A stretch of DNA of 64,000 bases, taken from an uncultured Bacilli bacterium (GTDB lineage Bacteria > Bacillota_I > Bacilli_A > RF39 > UBA660). Positions 1-10,115 of the stretch are shown here, piece by piece. Every line of letters begins with the position of its first letter. The stretch's first letter is position 1. The notes below the pieces were generated by a model. That model did no database searches. It was not told where the DNA came from and worked only from the letters and a program-made list of their open reading frames with translations. The translations under genes were made by a program, and so were the position numbers. Where the stretch lies: NCBI GenBank assembly GCA_934087065.1, contig CAKOIS010000005.1, forward strand, positions 2,789 to 66,788, in the 5' to 3' direction.

Positions 1-53
1 ACCGTCTAATATAGACTCCTTATGTGCTATCCTTTTTATTTTGGAGGGAATGT

Positions 54-3000
54 ATGTATAAAGAAATTAAAGAAAATACTAATGATTTGGAAAGTAACTT
101 AGTAAGCAAGTGGAAAAGTGAAAACTTACTAGAAAAAACTATTAAAAACAGGGAAGGAAAAGAAGACTTTGTATTCTATGATGGACCAATATATGCTAAT
201 GCTAAACCTGGCTTGCATCACGTATTTGCAAAAACTATAAAAGATGCTTTTTGTAAATATCAAACAATGCAAGGTAAAAGAGTATTAAGAAAAATTGGAC
301 TTGATACTCACGGCTTACCAATTGAAGTTAATGTTGAAAAGAAGTTAGGCTTTAAAACAAAGGCGGATATTGAAGCATTTGGAATAGAAAACTTCTGTAA
401 AGAGTGTAATAGTGAAACTGCTACAAATATAGATGAAGTTAATAAAATGACTGATATGATGGGTCAGTTAATTGATAGTGATAATCCATATATAACTTGT
501 ACAAATGAGTATATAGAAAGTGAATGGTGGCTAATTAAGAATATCTTTGATAAGGGTTTAATTTATCACGGTAATAAAGTTCTTCCATATTGTTATAGAT
601 GTGGAACAGAACTATCTAAAAATGAAGTTAGTTTAGGTTATCAAGAAGATACAGTTAATACTGTAATCGTACCATTTAAGTTAGTTGATAAAGACGAGTA
701 TATGCTTGTTTGGACTACAACTCCATGGACTCTTATTGATAACGTTGCGGCTTGTGTTAATCCGGATTTAACTTACTTAAAAGTAGAAAGTATGGGCTAT
801 AAATTCATTTTGTGTGAAAGTTTGGCTAATAAAGTGTTGGGGGACGAGTACACTGTTTTAGATAAGTTTAAAGGTAGTGATATGGTTGGTTTAAACTACG
901 AACAACTTCTTCCTTTTGCTAAAGTAAGTGGTAAATCATTTGTAGTACTAGCAGACGATTATGTAACTGATGCTGATGGAACTGGTATAGTTCACATCGC
1001 CCCAGCATATGGAGAAGATGACTCGCGTGTATGTAGGGAAAATGGTATAGCTTTTGTACAAAGCGTAGGAAAAGACGGTACTTACACAACTGGACCATGG
1101 ACTGGAAGAACAGTAACAGATCCAGAACTAGAAATTGAAATAATTAAATACTTAAAAGAAAATGATAAACTATTTAAGAAAATCAAAATGACTCATGAGT
1201 ATCCTCACTGCTGGAGATGTAAAAGTCCACTTATTTACTATTCAAAACCTGCTTGGTATATTGAAACAACTAAATATAAAGATAAAATACTTGCATCAAA
1301 TAAAACTGTTAACTGGTATCCTGAGTTTGTTGGAGAAAAGAGATTTAATAACTGGCTAGAAAATATGATAGACTGGGGTATTTCAAGAAATAGATACTGG
1401 GGTTGTCCAATGCCTTTGTGGACTTGTGAGTGTGGACACATCGAGTGTATTGGAAGTAGAAGCGAATTACAAAGTAAGATAGTAGAAGATACTGATGTAT
1501 TTAAGATGGAACTTCATAGACCTTATATAGATAGTTTACACATCAAATGTCCAGAATGTGGTAAAGTTATGTCAAGAGTAACCGACGTTATGGATGTATG
1601 GTTTGACTCAGGTGCTATGCCATATGCTCAAATGCATTACCCATTTGAAAACAAAGAATTATTTGAAAGTCAATTTCCTGCAGACTTTATAGCTGAAGGT
1701 GTAGACCAAACTCGTGGATGGTTTAACTCACTTATTTGTATATCTACACTAGTAAGTGGAGTAAGTTCGTTTAAAAACGTTGTAGTTAATGATATGATGC
1801 TTGATGCTAAAGGTAAAAAAATGAGTAAAAGTACAGGAAACATAATAAATCCTGAAGAAATAATGAAAGAATATGGTGCTGATGCTGTTAGATTTTATAT
1901 GCTATATGCAAGCCCTGTATGGACACCACTTAAGTTTGATATTGAAGGAGTAAAAGAAGTAAATAGTAAATTCTTTAGTACTTTAAAAAACACATATAAC
2001 TTCTTTAGTATGTATGCTAATGCAGATAAACTAGAAACAAAAGACTTCATAAATAGTACAAGTTATGAATTAATTGATAGGTGGATGCTTTCTAAATTAA
2101 ATAGACTTGTAAAAGAAGTGACTACTGCTTATAATGAGTACGACTTAAATAGAGTTGTAAAGCCACTTGTAAACTTTGTTAGTGAAGATTTATCTAACTG
2201 GTATATAAGAAGAAACAGAAGAAGATTCTGGAAAGGTGAATTAGATGAAAGTAAAAAGTCTGTTTACAAAGTAACTTATGAAGTACTTGTAACATTATCA
2301 CAACTCCTAGCCCCAGTAAGCCCATTCTTAGCTGAAGAGATATATACTAACTTAACTAAAGAAGAAAGTGTTCACTTGAGTGATTTTCCTAAATGTAATG
2401 AAGAATTAATTGATTTAGATGTTGAAAAACAAATGGATTTAGTAAGAGACGTAGTAAGCTTAGGAAGAAACGCTAGAGAAGAGGCTAATGTTAAAATAAG
2501 ACAACCACTTTCTAAAGTATTACTTGATAAGAAAAATGAAGGTGTAATTGGTAACTTGACTGACTTAATTAAGGAAGAGTTGAATGTAAAAGAAGTAATG
2601 TATACTAATGAAACAAGTGATTATTTAACTTATACAGTTAAACCTAACTTTAAAGAAGTTGGTAAGTTGTTTGGTAAAAATATTGGAGAGTTTAGTAAGT
2701 TTGTTAGTGAGTTTACTAGTGAAGACATTAAAAATATTGAAAGTAAAACTGTAACATATGACGGGGTAACATATAATTTAAATAAAGATATGTTAGATAT
2801 AAGAGTGTCAGCAAAAGAAGGATATGACGTTACAAGTGACGGAGTAAACTTTGTTATACTTGATACTACTATCACACCTGAATTAAAGGATGAAGGAATT
2901 TTAAGAGACTTAATTAGACAATGCCAAGTTTTAAGAAAAAATATTGGTTTAGACATAAGTGATAGAATTAGTATTGAATTTAATACAACTGAAGAGTTAA

Positions 3001-3137
3001 CTAACAATATAATAAATAAGTATGAGAGTGTTATAAGTAGTGAATTACTTGCAACAATTGAAAAAAATAACGGAGAAGTAAGCGAGTACATTGACGAAGA
3101 AGGTAACAAGTTTGAAATTAAAATAGAGAAAAAATAA
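54..3137 (+). CDS. ileS: isoleucine--tRNA ligase
   Basis: 1028-aa ORF. Class I aaRS HIGH-like 'PGLHHVFAKT' and KMSKS 'KMSKS' motifs are visible in the translation. GGAGGG SD sits 5 nt upstream of ATG at 54; the ORF-track start at 24 is an upstream in-frame extension. Confidence 0.9.
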   Translation: MYKEIKENTNDLESNLVSKWKSENLLEKTIKNREGKEDFVFYDGPIYANAKPGLHHVFAKTIKDAFCKYQTMQGKRVLRKIGLDTHGLPIEVNVEKKLGFKTKADIEAFGIENFCKECNSETATNIDEVNKMTDMMGQLIDSDNPYITCTNEYIESEWWLIKNIFDKGLIYHGNKVLPYCYRCGTELSKNEVSLGYQEDTVNTVIVPFKLVDKDEYMLVWTTTPWTLIDNVAACVNPDLTYLKVESMGYKFILCESLANKVLGDEYTVLDKFKGSDMVGLNYEQLLPFAKVSGKSFVVLADDYVTDADGTGIVHIAPAYGEDDSRVCRENGIAFVQSVGKDGTYTTGPWTGRTVTDPELEIEIIKYLKENDKLFKKIKMTHEYPHCWRCKSPLIYYSKPAWYIETTKYKDKILASNKTVNWYPEFVGEKRFNNWLENMIDWGISRNRYWGCPMPLWTCECGHIECIGSRSELQSKIVEDTDVFKMELHRPYIDSLHIKCPECGKVMSRVTDVMDVWFDSGAMPYAQMHYPFENKELFESQFPADFIAEGVDQTRGWFNSLICISTLVSGVSSFKNVVVNDMMLDAKGKKMSKSTGNIINPEEIMKEYGADAVRFYMLYASPVWTPLKFDIEGVKEVNSKFFSTLKNTYNFFSMYANADKLETKDFINSTSYELIDRWMLSKLNRLVKEVTTAYNEYDLNRVVKPLVNFVSEDLSNWYIRRNRRRFWKGELDESKKSVYKVTYEVLVTLSQLLAPVSPFLAEEIYTNLTKEESVHLSDFPKCNEELIDLDVEKQMDLVRDVVSLGRNAREEANVKIRQPLSKVLLDKKNEGVIGNLTDLIKEELNVKEVMYTNETSDYLTYTVKPNFKEVGKLFGKNIGEFSKFVSEFTSEDIKNIESKTVTYDGVTYNLNKDMLDIRVSAKEGYDVTSDGVNFVILDTTITPELKDEGILRDLIRQCQVLRKNIGLDISDRISIEFNTTEELTNNIINKYESVISSELLATIEKNNGEVSEYIDEEGNKFEIKIEKK

Positions 3138-3155
3138 ATTCTCTATTTTCTTTTT
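3122..3155 (+). terminator. rho-independent terminator after ileS
   Basis: 9-bp stem aatagagaa/ttctctatt (3122-3130 / 3139-3147) followed by a T-run. Confidence 0.5.
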
Positions 3156-3176
3156 AAAAAAATACCAAACAAACCG

Positions 3177-3205
3177 TTGACAAACATATATACTTATGGT
3201 AAAAT
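3177..3205 (+). promoter_or_regulatory. sigma-A-type promoter for addBA
   Basis: TTGACA, 17-nt spacer, TGgTAAAAT (extended -10). Confidence 0.5.
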
Positions 3206-3293
3206 CAAAATGTACAAAGGAAAAGTCAAAAAGTAAGTGACTTTAGTGAGTTTATATAATATAATTGAATTAGCGTAAAAAGGAAGTGAAAGA

Positions 3294-5627
3294 ATGGATG
3301 CTTTAAAAAATAATAGTATACTTATAGTAGATGATACAGTAAAAGAAAGTGTTATTAGTGAGTTTAGAAAGAGTAATGAGTTAGTAGATGTTAAGTTTAT
3401 AAGTTTTAGTGAATTTAAGAGGTTATATTATTTTGATTATGATAAAAAAACAATATTTTATTTAATTAAGAAATATCACTATAAGTATGAAGTGTGTCTA
3501 GTTTATTTAAAGAATTTATATTATATAGAAGATAAAGAATATAAAAGTGAAAAATTAAAGTTTTTAAGAGATTTAAAAAGTGAGTTAGATGAGCATGGTT
3601 TACTTACATATGACGAGTATTTTAAAAATAGTTTAAATAAAAAGAATATTTATGTTTATAGTAAGAAAAAGATAAGCAAGTTTTATAAGAGTGTATTTGA
3701 TAAGTTAAGTGTAACTTATTTAGATAATGAAGTAGTTAATAATAAAGAGTTTAATATATATGAATGCAAGAGCGTGGAAAGTGAAGTAAACTTTGTATGT
3801 AATAAAATAGTAGATTTAATTAAAAGTGGAATTGATATAAACAATATTAAACTATTAAATGTAAAAGAAGAATATATGTATTTAATTAGAAAACTATTTG
3901 GTTTTTATAATATTCCAATAGAAAAAAAGAAGACAACAAGTCTTTATAGCACAAGAATTGGAAAGTACTTTTTGAGTGCATTAGATGGTAGTAAAGAAAG
4001 CATAGTAGAAAATTTAACAAATGAGTTTAAAAATAACACGGAAGAAGTAAACATAATTATCAATATAATTAATGATTATACTTGGGTAAATGATTTAACA
4101 AGTGTCAAAGAAATGCTTATACATGACTTAAAAAACACTTATATAAAAGAAGAACAACTAAAAAACAAAGTAAGTTTTATTAGTTTAGGAGAAGTAGTAA
4201 ATAGTAAAGATTATGTGTTTTTAATGAGCTTTAACGAAGGAGATATACCACAAACTTTTAAAGATGAAGAATATATAAGTGATAACATCAAAAGTGAAGT
4301 GAATATTGAGACTACTTTAGAAAAAAATATTAATAGCAAGAATGATGCATTGAACTTCTTAAATAGCATAGATAACTTAATTATATCTTACAAGTTAGAA
4401 GAAGGTAGTATCAGTTATAATATCTCATCACTTAGTGAAGAAATGAATTATAATGTACTCAAGTTTGAAGACGTGTATAATAAGTCAAATATATATAATA
4501 AAATAAGATTAAGTAACTTACTTGATTTATATTCAAAGTATGGAGTAGTTACTAAAGAGACAAGTAAACTACTAAGTAATTATCCGGATATTAATTACCT
4601 AAGTTATGATAACAAATTTAAAGGAATAGACAAAAACAAACTAGATAAGAATATACTTTTATCTTATTCAACGCTTGATAACTACTATAGATGTAGTTTC
4701 AGGTACTATATTGATAGTGTGTTAAAACTTGGTATATTTGAAGAAACATTTATGACATTTATTGGAAGTTTATATCACTACATACTTTCAATTATGGATA
4801 AAGAAAATTTTGACTTAGATAAAGAATACGATAATTTTATAAAAGAAAGTAATAAAGTCTTTAGTAAAAAAGAAGAGTTCTTTTTAGAAAAATTAAAAAG
4901 CGAGTTAGCTTTCGTTGTAAAAACAATAAAAGAACAATATAAGTACTCTAGTTTAGATGATAAACTCTATGAAGAGAAGATATACATTAATAAGAATGAC
5001 AATAAAACTTTCATGGGAATAGTTGATAAAATCATGTATAAAACTATAAACGATAAAACAGTAGTCTCTATAGTAGATTATAAAACTGGAAACCCAATGA
5101 TAAGTTTAGATAATGTTGCTTACGGAATAGGAATGCAACTACCCATATACTTGTATCTAGTAAGTAAAAGTAACAAATTTAAGAATGTAATAATAGGTGG
5201 CTTTTACTTACAAAAAGTACTTAATACAGTGGTAAATAAAGATAACTCTAGTAGTTATGAAACACTAAAGAAAAATAATTTGAAATTACAAGGATACTCA
5301 ACAAGTAATGAAGAAGTACTTGATTTAGTTGATAAGAGTTATAATGACAGTTTAGTTATCAAAGGACTAAGAACTTCAAGTAAAGGTTTTTATAGTTATA
5401 GTAAAGTGATAAATGAAAGCGAGATTAACAAACTCGTTAGTGAAGTTGATGATAGAATTGAAGATGCGTTTGCTGGTGTTAGTGAAGGCAAGTTTGATAT
5501 TAACCCAAAGAGAATTGGTAAAATCAACAAGGGTTGTGAGTTTTGTAAATACTATGATATTTGTTATAGAAAAGAAAATGATATAGTTAATTTAAAAGAA
5601 GTTAAGTTTGGAGGTGAAGAAGAGTGA
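3294..5627 (+). CDS. addB: helicase-nuclease complex subunit AddB/RexB-like, short form (777 aa)
   Basis: C-terminal RecB-type nuclease motif 'IVDYKTG' plus Cys cluster 'CSFRYY...CEFCKYYDIC' typical of the AddB Fe-S nuclease domain. Translationally coupled to the downstream AddA gene. Confidence 0.65.
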   Translation: MDALKNNSILIVDDTVKESVISEFRKSNELVDVKFISFSEFKRLYYFDYDKKTIFYLIKKYHYKYEVCLVYLKNLYYIEDKEYKSEKLKFLRDLKSELDEHGLLTYDEYFKNSLNKKNIYVYSKKKISKFYKSVFDKLSVTYLDNEVVNNKEFNIYECKSVESEVNFVCNKIVDLIKSGIDINNIKLLNVKEEYMYLIRKLFGFYNIPIEKKKTTSLYSTRIGKYFLSALDGSKESIVENLTNEFKNNTEEVNIIINIINDYTWVNDLTSVKEMLIHDLKNTYIKEEQLKNKVSFISLGEVVNSKDYVFLMSFNEGDIPQTFKDEEYISDNIKSEVNIETTLEKNINSKNDALNFLNSIDNLIISYKLEEGSISYNISSLSEEMNYNVLKFEDVYNKSNIYNKIRLSNLLDLYSKYGVVTKETSKLLSNYPDINYLSYDNKFKGIDKNKLDKNILLSYSTLDNYYRCSFRYYIDSVLKLGIFEETFMTFIGSLYHYILSIMDKENFDLDKEYDNFIKESNKVFSKKEEFFLEKLKSELAFVVKTIKEQYKYSSLDDKLYEEKIYINKNDNKTFMGIVDKIMYKTINDKTVVSIVDYKTGNPMISLDNVAYGIGMQLPIYLYLVSKSNKFKNVIIGGFYLQKVLNTVVNKDNSSSYETLKKNNLKLQGYSTSNEEVLDLVDKSYNDSLVIKGLRTSSKGFYSYSKVINESEINKLVSEVDDRIEDAFAGVSEGKFDINPKRIGKINKGCEFCKYYDICYRKENDIVNLKEVKFGGEEE

Positions 5628-8600
5628 TACCTATTAAACCAAGTGATGCAATATGGACGGATGAACAATGGAATGCAATATATGATAAAGGACACAATAT
5701 AATAGTATCTGCGGGTGCTGGAAGTGGTAAAACTGCTGTTTTAAGTGAAAGAGTAATTGAAAACTTAAAAAGTGGAATGAGCATAAAAGAAGTATTGTTG
5801 CTTACATTCACTAAAGCAGCAAGCTTAGAAATGAAAACAAGAATTAGAAATAAAATTAAAAAGAACCCTAGTTTATCTAAAGAACTTTCATTGATAGATG
5901 AAGCATATATAACAACATTTGATAGTTTTGCATTATCAATTGTAAAAAAATATCACTATATACTAAACATAAGTCCAAACGTAAGCATTATTGATGAGCC
6001 AATAATAAGAATAAAAAAGAAAGAAATACTAACTAATATATTTGATAAGTATTATGAAAATAAAAATGAGAAATTTTTAAAACTTATAAGTGACTTTTGT
6101 ATAAAAGATGATAAAGAAATATTTGAAAGTATTTTGTCTATTTATTCTAAAATAGATTTAAAATATAACAAGAACGAATACTTAGATAACTATATAAATG
6201 AGTACTTTAATATTGATAGAATTAATAATGATATAAATGATTACGAAAAACTTTTAATGAGTAAATTTGAAGAATTAGATTATCTAATTGAAGATATGTC
6301 TTATTATACAGATAGTGACTATATAACTAACTTAAGGCTAAGTGTTAGTAACCTAATGAGTTCTAAAACATATGACGAAATAGTATCAAACTTAAGTGTT
6401 GAAATACCTAGACTACCCAAAGGAAGTACTGACGAAGTAAAAGAAAAGAAAGAACTTATTAATGATGTAATTAAAAATATAAAAAGTTTATGTTCTTATA
6501 AAAATAGAGAAGAAATAATGAGTAGTATTTTATCCACTAAAGAGTACAAAGAAGTAATTATTGACGTATTAAAAGAATTTGATAAATATGTAATGGCTTA
6601 TAAATATGAAAATGATATTTATGAGTTTACAGATATAGCTAACCTAGCAATAAAATTAGTTAAGGAAAACGTGAGTGTTAGAGAAGAACTAAAGAATTCC
6701 TTTAAAGAGATAATGATAGACGAGTATCAAGATACAAATGACTTACAAGAAATACTAATTAACATGATAAGTGATAATAATGTCTATATGGTTGGAGATA
6801 TAAAACAATCTATTTATAGATTTAGAAATGCAAACCCAGATATATTTAAAGAAAAATATAATAAGTATAGTAACCATATAGGTGGAGAGAAAATAGACTT
6901 AAATAAAAATTTCAGGTCAAGAGAAGAAGTACTTAATAATATTAATTTACTATTTAATAAAGTAATGGACGAAAGTATAGGTGGAGCCGATTATATTAAA
7001 AGCCATCAAATGATTTTTGGTAATAAAAGTTACATTAAAAAAGGAAAAACTCTACAAAACTATGACTTTGAATTATATAGTTATATGTATGATAAAAAGA
7101 GCGAATACTCTAAAGAAGAAATTGAAGCATTTATTATTGCAAAAGATATACTTAGTAAAGTAAAAAGTAATTATCAAATATTTGATAAAGACACAAGTGT
7201 ACTTAGAAACGCAGAATATAGTGACTTTGTAATACTAATGGATAGAACTACTAACTTTGACTTATATAAAAAGATATTCTTGTATTTAGGTATACCACTA
7301 GAATTATATAAAGATGAAACAATGAACGAGGACACTGATATAATTGTATTAAATAACTTAATAAAATTTACTATTAAACTTGATTCAGGAGTATATGACA
7401 AAGAACTTGAGTACTTGTTTACAAGTGTTATGAGAAGCTTCTTGTGTGAAAGTACTGATGAAGAAATATTTGATACAATTAAAAATAAGACAATACTAAG
7501 TAGTAACTTAGCTAATAAAGTAAAGAAGATTAAGTTAAATAATAAATCTAGTTATGAAATAATAAATGATTTAATTAATGAATTTGATTTTTATAATAAA
7601 CTTATTACAATAGGTAATGAAAGTGCTTCAAGCGTAAAAATAGAAAACATTTTATCTAATGCAAAAACCACAAGTGGTATAGGTTACGATATAAATAGTT
7701 TTAGTGACTACTTAGATAATGTTATTAAAGAAAAAATAGACATAAAATACACAATTCATAGTGGTGTAAGTAACTCGGTTAAAATAATGACTATTCATAA
7801 ATCAAAAGGACTAGAGTTCCCAATATGTTATTTTTCAGGACTTTATAAGCCATTTAATATAAGTGACATAAAAGAGAAGTTTACATATAGTAATAAATAT
7901 GGAATAATAACTCCATATTTTGATGAAGGGGTAGGAGAAACCATTTATAAAAACTTACTAAAAAATGATTACTTAAAAGAAGAAATTAGTGAAAAAATAA
8001 GACTATTTTATGTAGCCCTTACTAGAGCAAAAGAAAAAATGATTCTAGTAATGCCTTATGAAGAGATAGTAAATGGTAAAGAAAGTGATTTAGTAAGTAG
8101 TGTAGTAAGAAGTAAATATAAAAGTCTTTTAGATATAGTATCTAGTACTTTAGTAAGTTTAACTAAGTATGTTACAGTAATTGATTATAATAAATCAGGA
8201 ATTTCAAAAGACTATAGTTTACTTATTAAAAAAGACTTTAAAAGTGGAATAGAAAAAAGTAGTGAAGTATTAAATGTAAACGAGCTTTTAGTTGAAAATG
8301 AAACTTTAATAGATAAACATTACTCAAAAGAAAACAATAAACTAATTACAAATGACATAAAAAAGAATATTGAGTTTGGTAAATATGTTCATGAAGTTTT
8401 AGAATATTTTGACTTAAAAAAGAAAGATTATTCTTATATAAAAGATGAGTTTATCAAAAATAAAATCATATCTTTTAGTAATTTACCAATATTTGATAAT
8501 GTAAGTGAGGCTAATATCTTTCATGAATATGAGTTTGTTTACACATTAGATAATACTAAATATCATGGAATAATAGATTTAATGCTAGAATATCCTGATC

Positions 8601-8755
8601 ATATTGATATAATTGATTACAAATTAAGTGATGTTACAGATATAAACTACATTTCACAACTAAATGGTTACAAAGAATATATTAGTAGTATTACTAAGAA
8701 ACCAGTTAATGTTTATTTATATTCAATAATTAATGAAAAAATAAGTAGTTTGTAA
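5624..8755 (+). CDS. addA: ATP-dependent helicase/nuclease AddA (UvrD/Rep family)
   Basis: Walker A 'GAGSGKT' near the N-terminus. UvrD-like helicase motifs. C-terminal RecB nuclease motif '...IDIIDYKLSD'. Confidence 0.8.
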   Translation: MIPIKPSDAIWTDEQWNAIYDKGHNIIVSAGAGSGKTAVLSERVIENLKSGMSIKEVLLLTFTKAASLEMKTRIRNKIKKNPSLSKELSLIDEAYITTFDSFALSIVKKYHYILNISPNVSIIDEPIIRIKKKEILTNIFDKYYENKNEKFLKLISDFCIKDDKEIFESILSIYSKIDLKYNKNEYLDNYINEYFNIDRINNDINDYEKLLMSKFEELDYLIEDMSYYTDSDYITNLRLSVSNLMSSKTYDEIVSNLSVEIPRLPKGSTDEVKEKKELINDVIKNIKSLCSYKNREEIMSSILSTKEYKEVIIDVLKEFDKYVMAYKYENDIYEFTDIANLAIKLVKENVSVREELKNSFKEIMIDEYQDTNDLQEILINMISDNNVYMVGDIKQSIYRFRNANPDIFKEKYNKYSNHIGGEKIDLNKNFRSREEVLNNINLLFNKVMDESIGGADYIKSHQMIFGNKSYIKKGKTLQNYDFELYSYMYDKKSEYSKEEIEAFIIAKDILSKVKSNYQIFDKDTSVLRNAEYSDFVILMDRTTNFDLYKKIFLYLGIPLELYKDETMNEDTDIIVLNNLIKFTIKLDSGVYDKELEYLFTSVMRSFLCESTDEEIFDTIKNKTILSSNLANKVKKIKLNNKSSYEIINDLINEFDFYNKLITIGNESASSVKIENILSNAKTTSGIGYDINSFSDYLDNVIKEKIDIKYTIHSGVSNSVKIMTIHKSKGLEFPICYFSGLYKPFNISDIKEKFTYSNKYGIITPYFDEGVGETIYKNLLKNDYLKEEISEKIRLFYVALTRAKEKMILVMPYEEIVNGKESDLVSSVVRSKYKSLLDIVSSTLVSLTKYVTVIDYNKSGISKDYSLLIKKDFKSGIEKSSEVLNVNELLVENETLIDKHYSKENNKLITNDIKKNIEFGKYVHEVLEYFDLKKKDYSYIKDEFIKNKIISFSNLPIFDNVSEANIFHEYEFVYTLDNTKYHGIIDLMLEYPDHIDIIDYKLSDVTDINYISQLNGYKEYISSITKKPVNVYLYSIINEKISSL

Positions 8756-8806
8756 TAGACAAACAACAAAAAAAGTAGTATACTATAAATGTAAGGAGTT
8801 GATTGT

Positions 8807-8869
8807 ATGAAGTATAAATTACTAAATATTATTAATTCCTTTGTTTGTTTTTTTTGCAGGGCGCTTTAG
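8807..8869 (+). CDS. 20-aa upstream ORF (MKYKLLNIINSFVCFFCRAL) with strong SD; stop codon lies inside the terminator stem
   Basis: AAGGAG SD 7 nt before ATG 8807; TAG at 8867-8869 falls within hairpin 8860-8873. Speculative leader peptide. Confidence 0.2.
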   Translation: MKYKLLNIINSFVCFFCRAL

Positions 8870-8881
8870 CGCCTTTTTTTG
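8860..8881 (+). terminator. rho-independent terminator (after addA / uORF)
   Basis: Stem ggcgc/gcgcc with tTTa loop, then T8. Confidence 0.6.
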
Positions 8882-8904
8882 TAACCAAAAAGGAGTGCGT
8901 GATT

Positions 8905-9306
8905 ATGAAACAAGTAACAAAAGACATGATACATATTTATAGACTTAATAAACTTAAATACGATTTTGCAGGATATAATTTTAACAATAATCGTGAATTA
9001 AGTTTTCATCATTTAATAATAGCTAACAGAGATGGTGGACCTTGTATAGTAGACAACGGAGCCATTTTAAAACAAAGTACTAGCCATGATTATATCCATA
9101 GAATTGAAGAGTTAGATCCAGAAATATTTTACTTAATCACTAGTGAAATGATAGACGAAAACATTAAAGGTTATTTAGACATTCAAAATCTAAGAAAAAT
9201 AAGAAGACTACTAGAATATTTTGAAAAAGAACACTGCAGCACTAGAACTAAAAATGGAAAACTACTTATAAAAGAAGCTTACATAAGAGATAGAATAAAA
9301 CTATAA
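8905..9306 (+). CDS. small HNH-motif nuclease-like protein
   Basis: AAAGGAG SD then ATG 8905. The ORF-track start at 8845 overlaps the terminator and is unlikely. Motif 'LSFHHLIIANRDGG...VDNGAIL...SHDYIH' fits the H-H / N / H spacing of the HNH fold. Confidence 0.45.
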   Translation: MKQVTKDMIHIYRLNKLKYDFAGYNFNNNRELSFHHLIIANRDGGPCIVDNGAILKQSTSHDYIHRIEELDPEIFYLITSEMIDENIKGYLDIQNLRKIRRLLEYFEKEHCSTRTKNGKLLIKEAYIRDRIKL

Positions 9307-9330
9307 AGTACGGCAAATAAATGTCGTACT

Positions 9331-10023
9331 TTAAATTTTGTTATTCTTTATAAACTCTCTATATAATTTAACTAAAGCTCTCTTTTCAATTCTACTTACA
9401 TAACTTCTACTGATTTTTAAATCTTTAGCAATCTCTCTTTGTGTTTCTTCCTCTTTATCAAGTAGTCCATATCTCCTTATAATAATTTCTTTTTCTCTTT
9501 TAGTTAATACACCAATATAAGTCCTTAAAAGTTCTACATTATCTTTTAAATTAATAATTTCTGAAGAGTCAACATACTCACTTTTTAAAACTTCACCTAA
9601 AGTAATCTCATTTCCATCTTTATCATATCCAATACTATCATCTAAACTTAAATTATTCATGTTCTTTTTATTTTGTCTTATATACATGAGTATCTCATTT
9701 TCAATACATTTAGCAGCATAAGTAATTAACTTAACTGGCTTTTCTGGATTATACGTGTCAATTCCTTTAATTAACCCAATTGTGCCTATACTAATTAAAT
9801 CGTCTGGGTTCTCATTAAAGTTTTCATACTTCTTAACAATATGCGCAACAAGTCTTAAGTTGTGTTCAACGAGCATATTTCTAGCTTCCTTGTCTCCATT
9901 TATAGATAAATAAATGTACCTTTCTTCCTCTTCTGTACTAAGTGGGTCTGGAAAAACATTAATACTATAGCTTGTTGTAAGAAACCTTACTTTTTTTAAA
10001 AATTTCAATAATAAATCTATCAT
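9331..10023 (-). CDS. sigK: sporulation-type sigma factor, pro-sigma-K-like
   Basis: Strong similarity to SigK/SigE region 2 ('ARNMLVEHNLRLVAHIVKKYENF...DLISIGTIGLIKGIDTY') and region 4 ('REIAKDLKISRSYVSRIEKRALVKL'). N-terminal pro-sequence 'SINVFPDPLSTEEEERYIYL' resembles the B. subtilis pro-sigK processing region. Monocistronic; no SD visible. Confidence 0.7.
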   Translation of the reverse strand: MIDLLLKFLKKVRFLTTSYSINVFPDPLSTEEEERYIYLSINGDKEARNMLVEHNLRLVAHIVKKYENFNENPDDLISIGTIGLIKGIDTYNPEKPVKLITYAAKCIENEILMYIRQNKKNMNNLSLDDSIGYDKDGNEITLGEVLKSEYVDSSEIINLKDNVELLRTYIGVLTKREKEIIIRRYGLLDKEEETQREIAKDLKISRSYVSRIEKRALVKLYREFIKNNKI

Positions 10024-10059
10024 ACTAAAATATATGAAAAAACAAATAATTAATTACAC

Positions 10060-10088
10060 TTGATTTTATCATTCTTTTGTAGTACAAT
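10060..10088 (+). promoter_or_regulatory. promoter TTGATT-17-TACAAT
   Basis: Divergent from sigK; upstream of the 10116 CDS. Confidence 0.45.
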
Positions 10089-10115
10089 ATATTGTACAGA
10101 AAAAGGGGTTTGTAT

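Noticed and set aside
1-53. T-box riboswitch upstream of ileS
   Set aside because: Only the last ~50 nt of the leader are in the window (a possible terminator tail gtcta...tagac + T-run). The specifier and T-box sequences cannot be assessed.
8845-8904. ORF-track start at 8845 for the HNH-motif gene
   Set aside because: This extension overlaps the addA terminator hairpin and T-tract and has no SD. An internal ATG at 8905 has an AAAGGAG SD.
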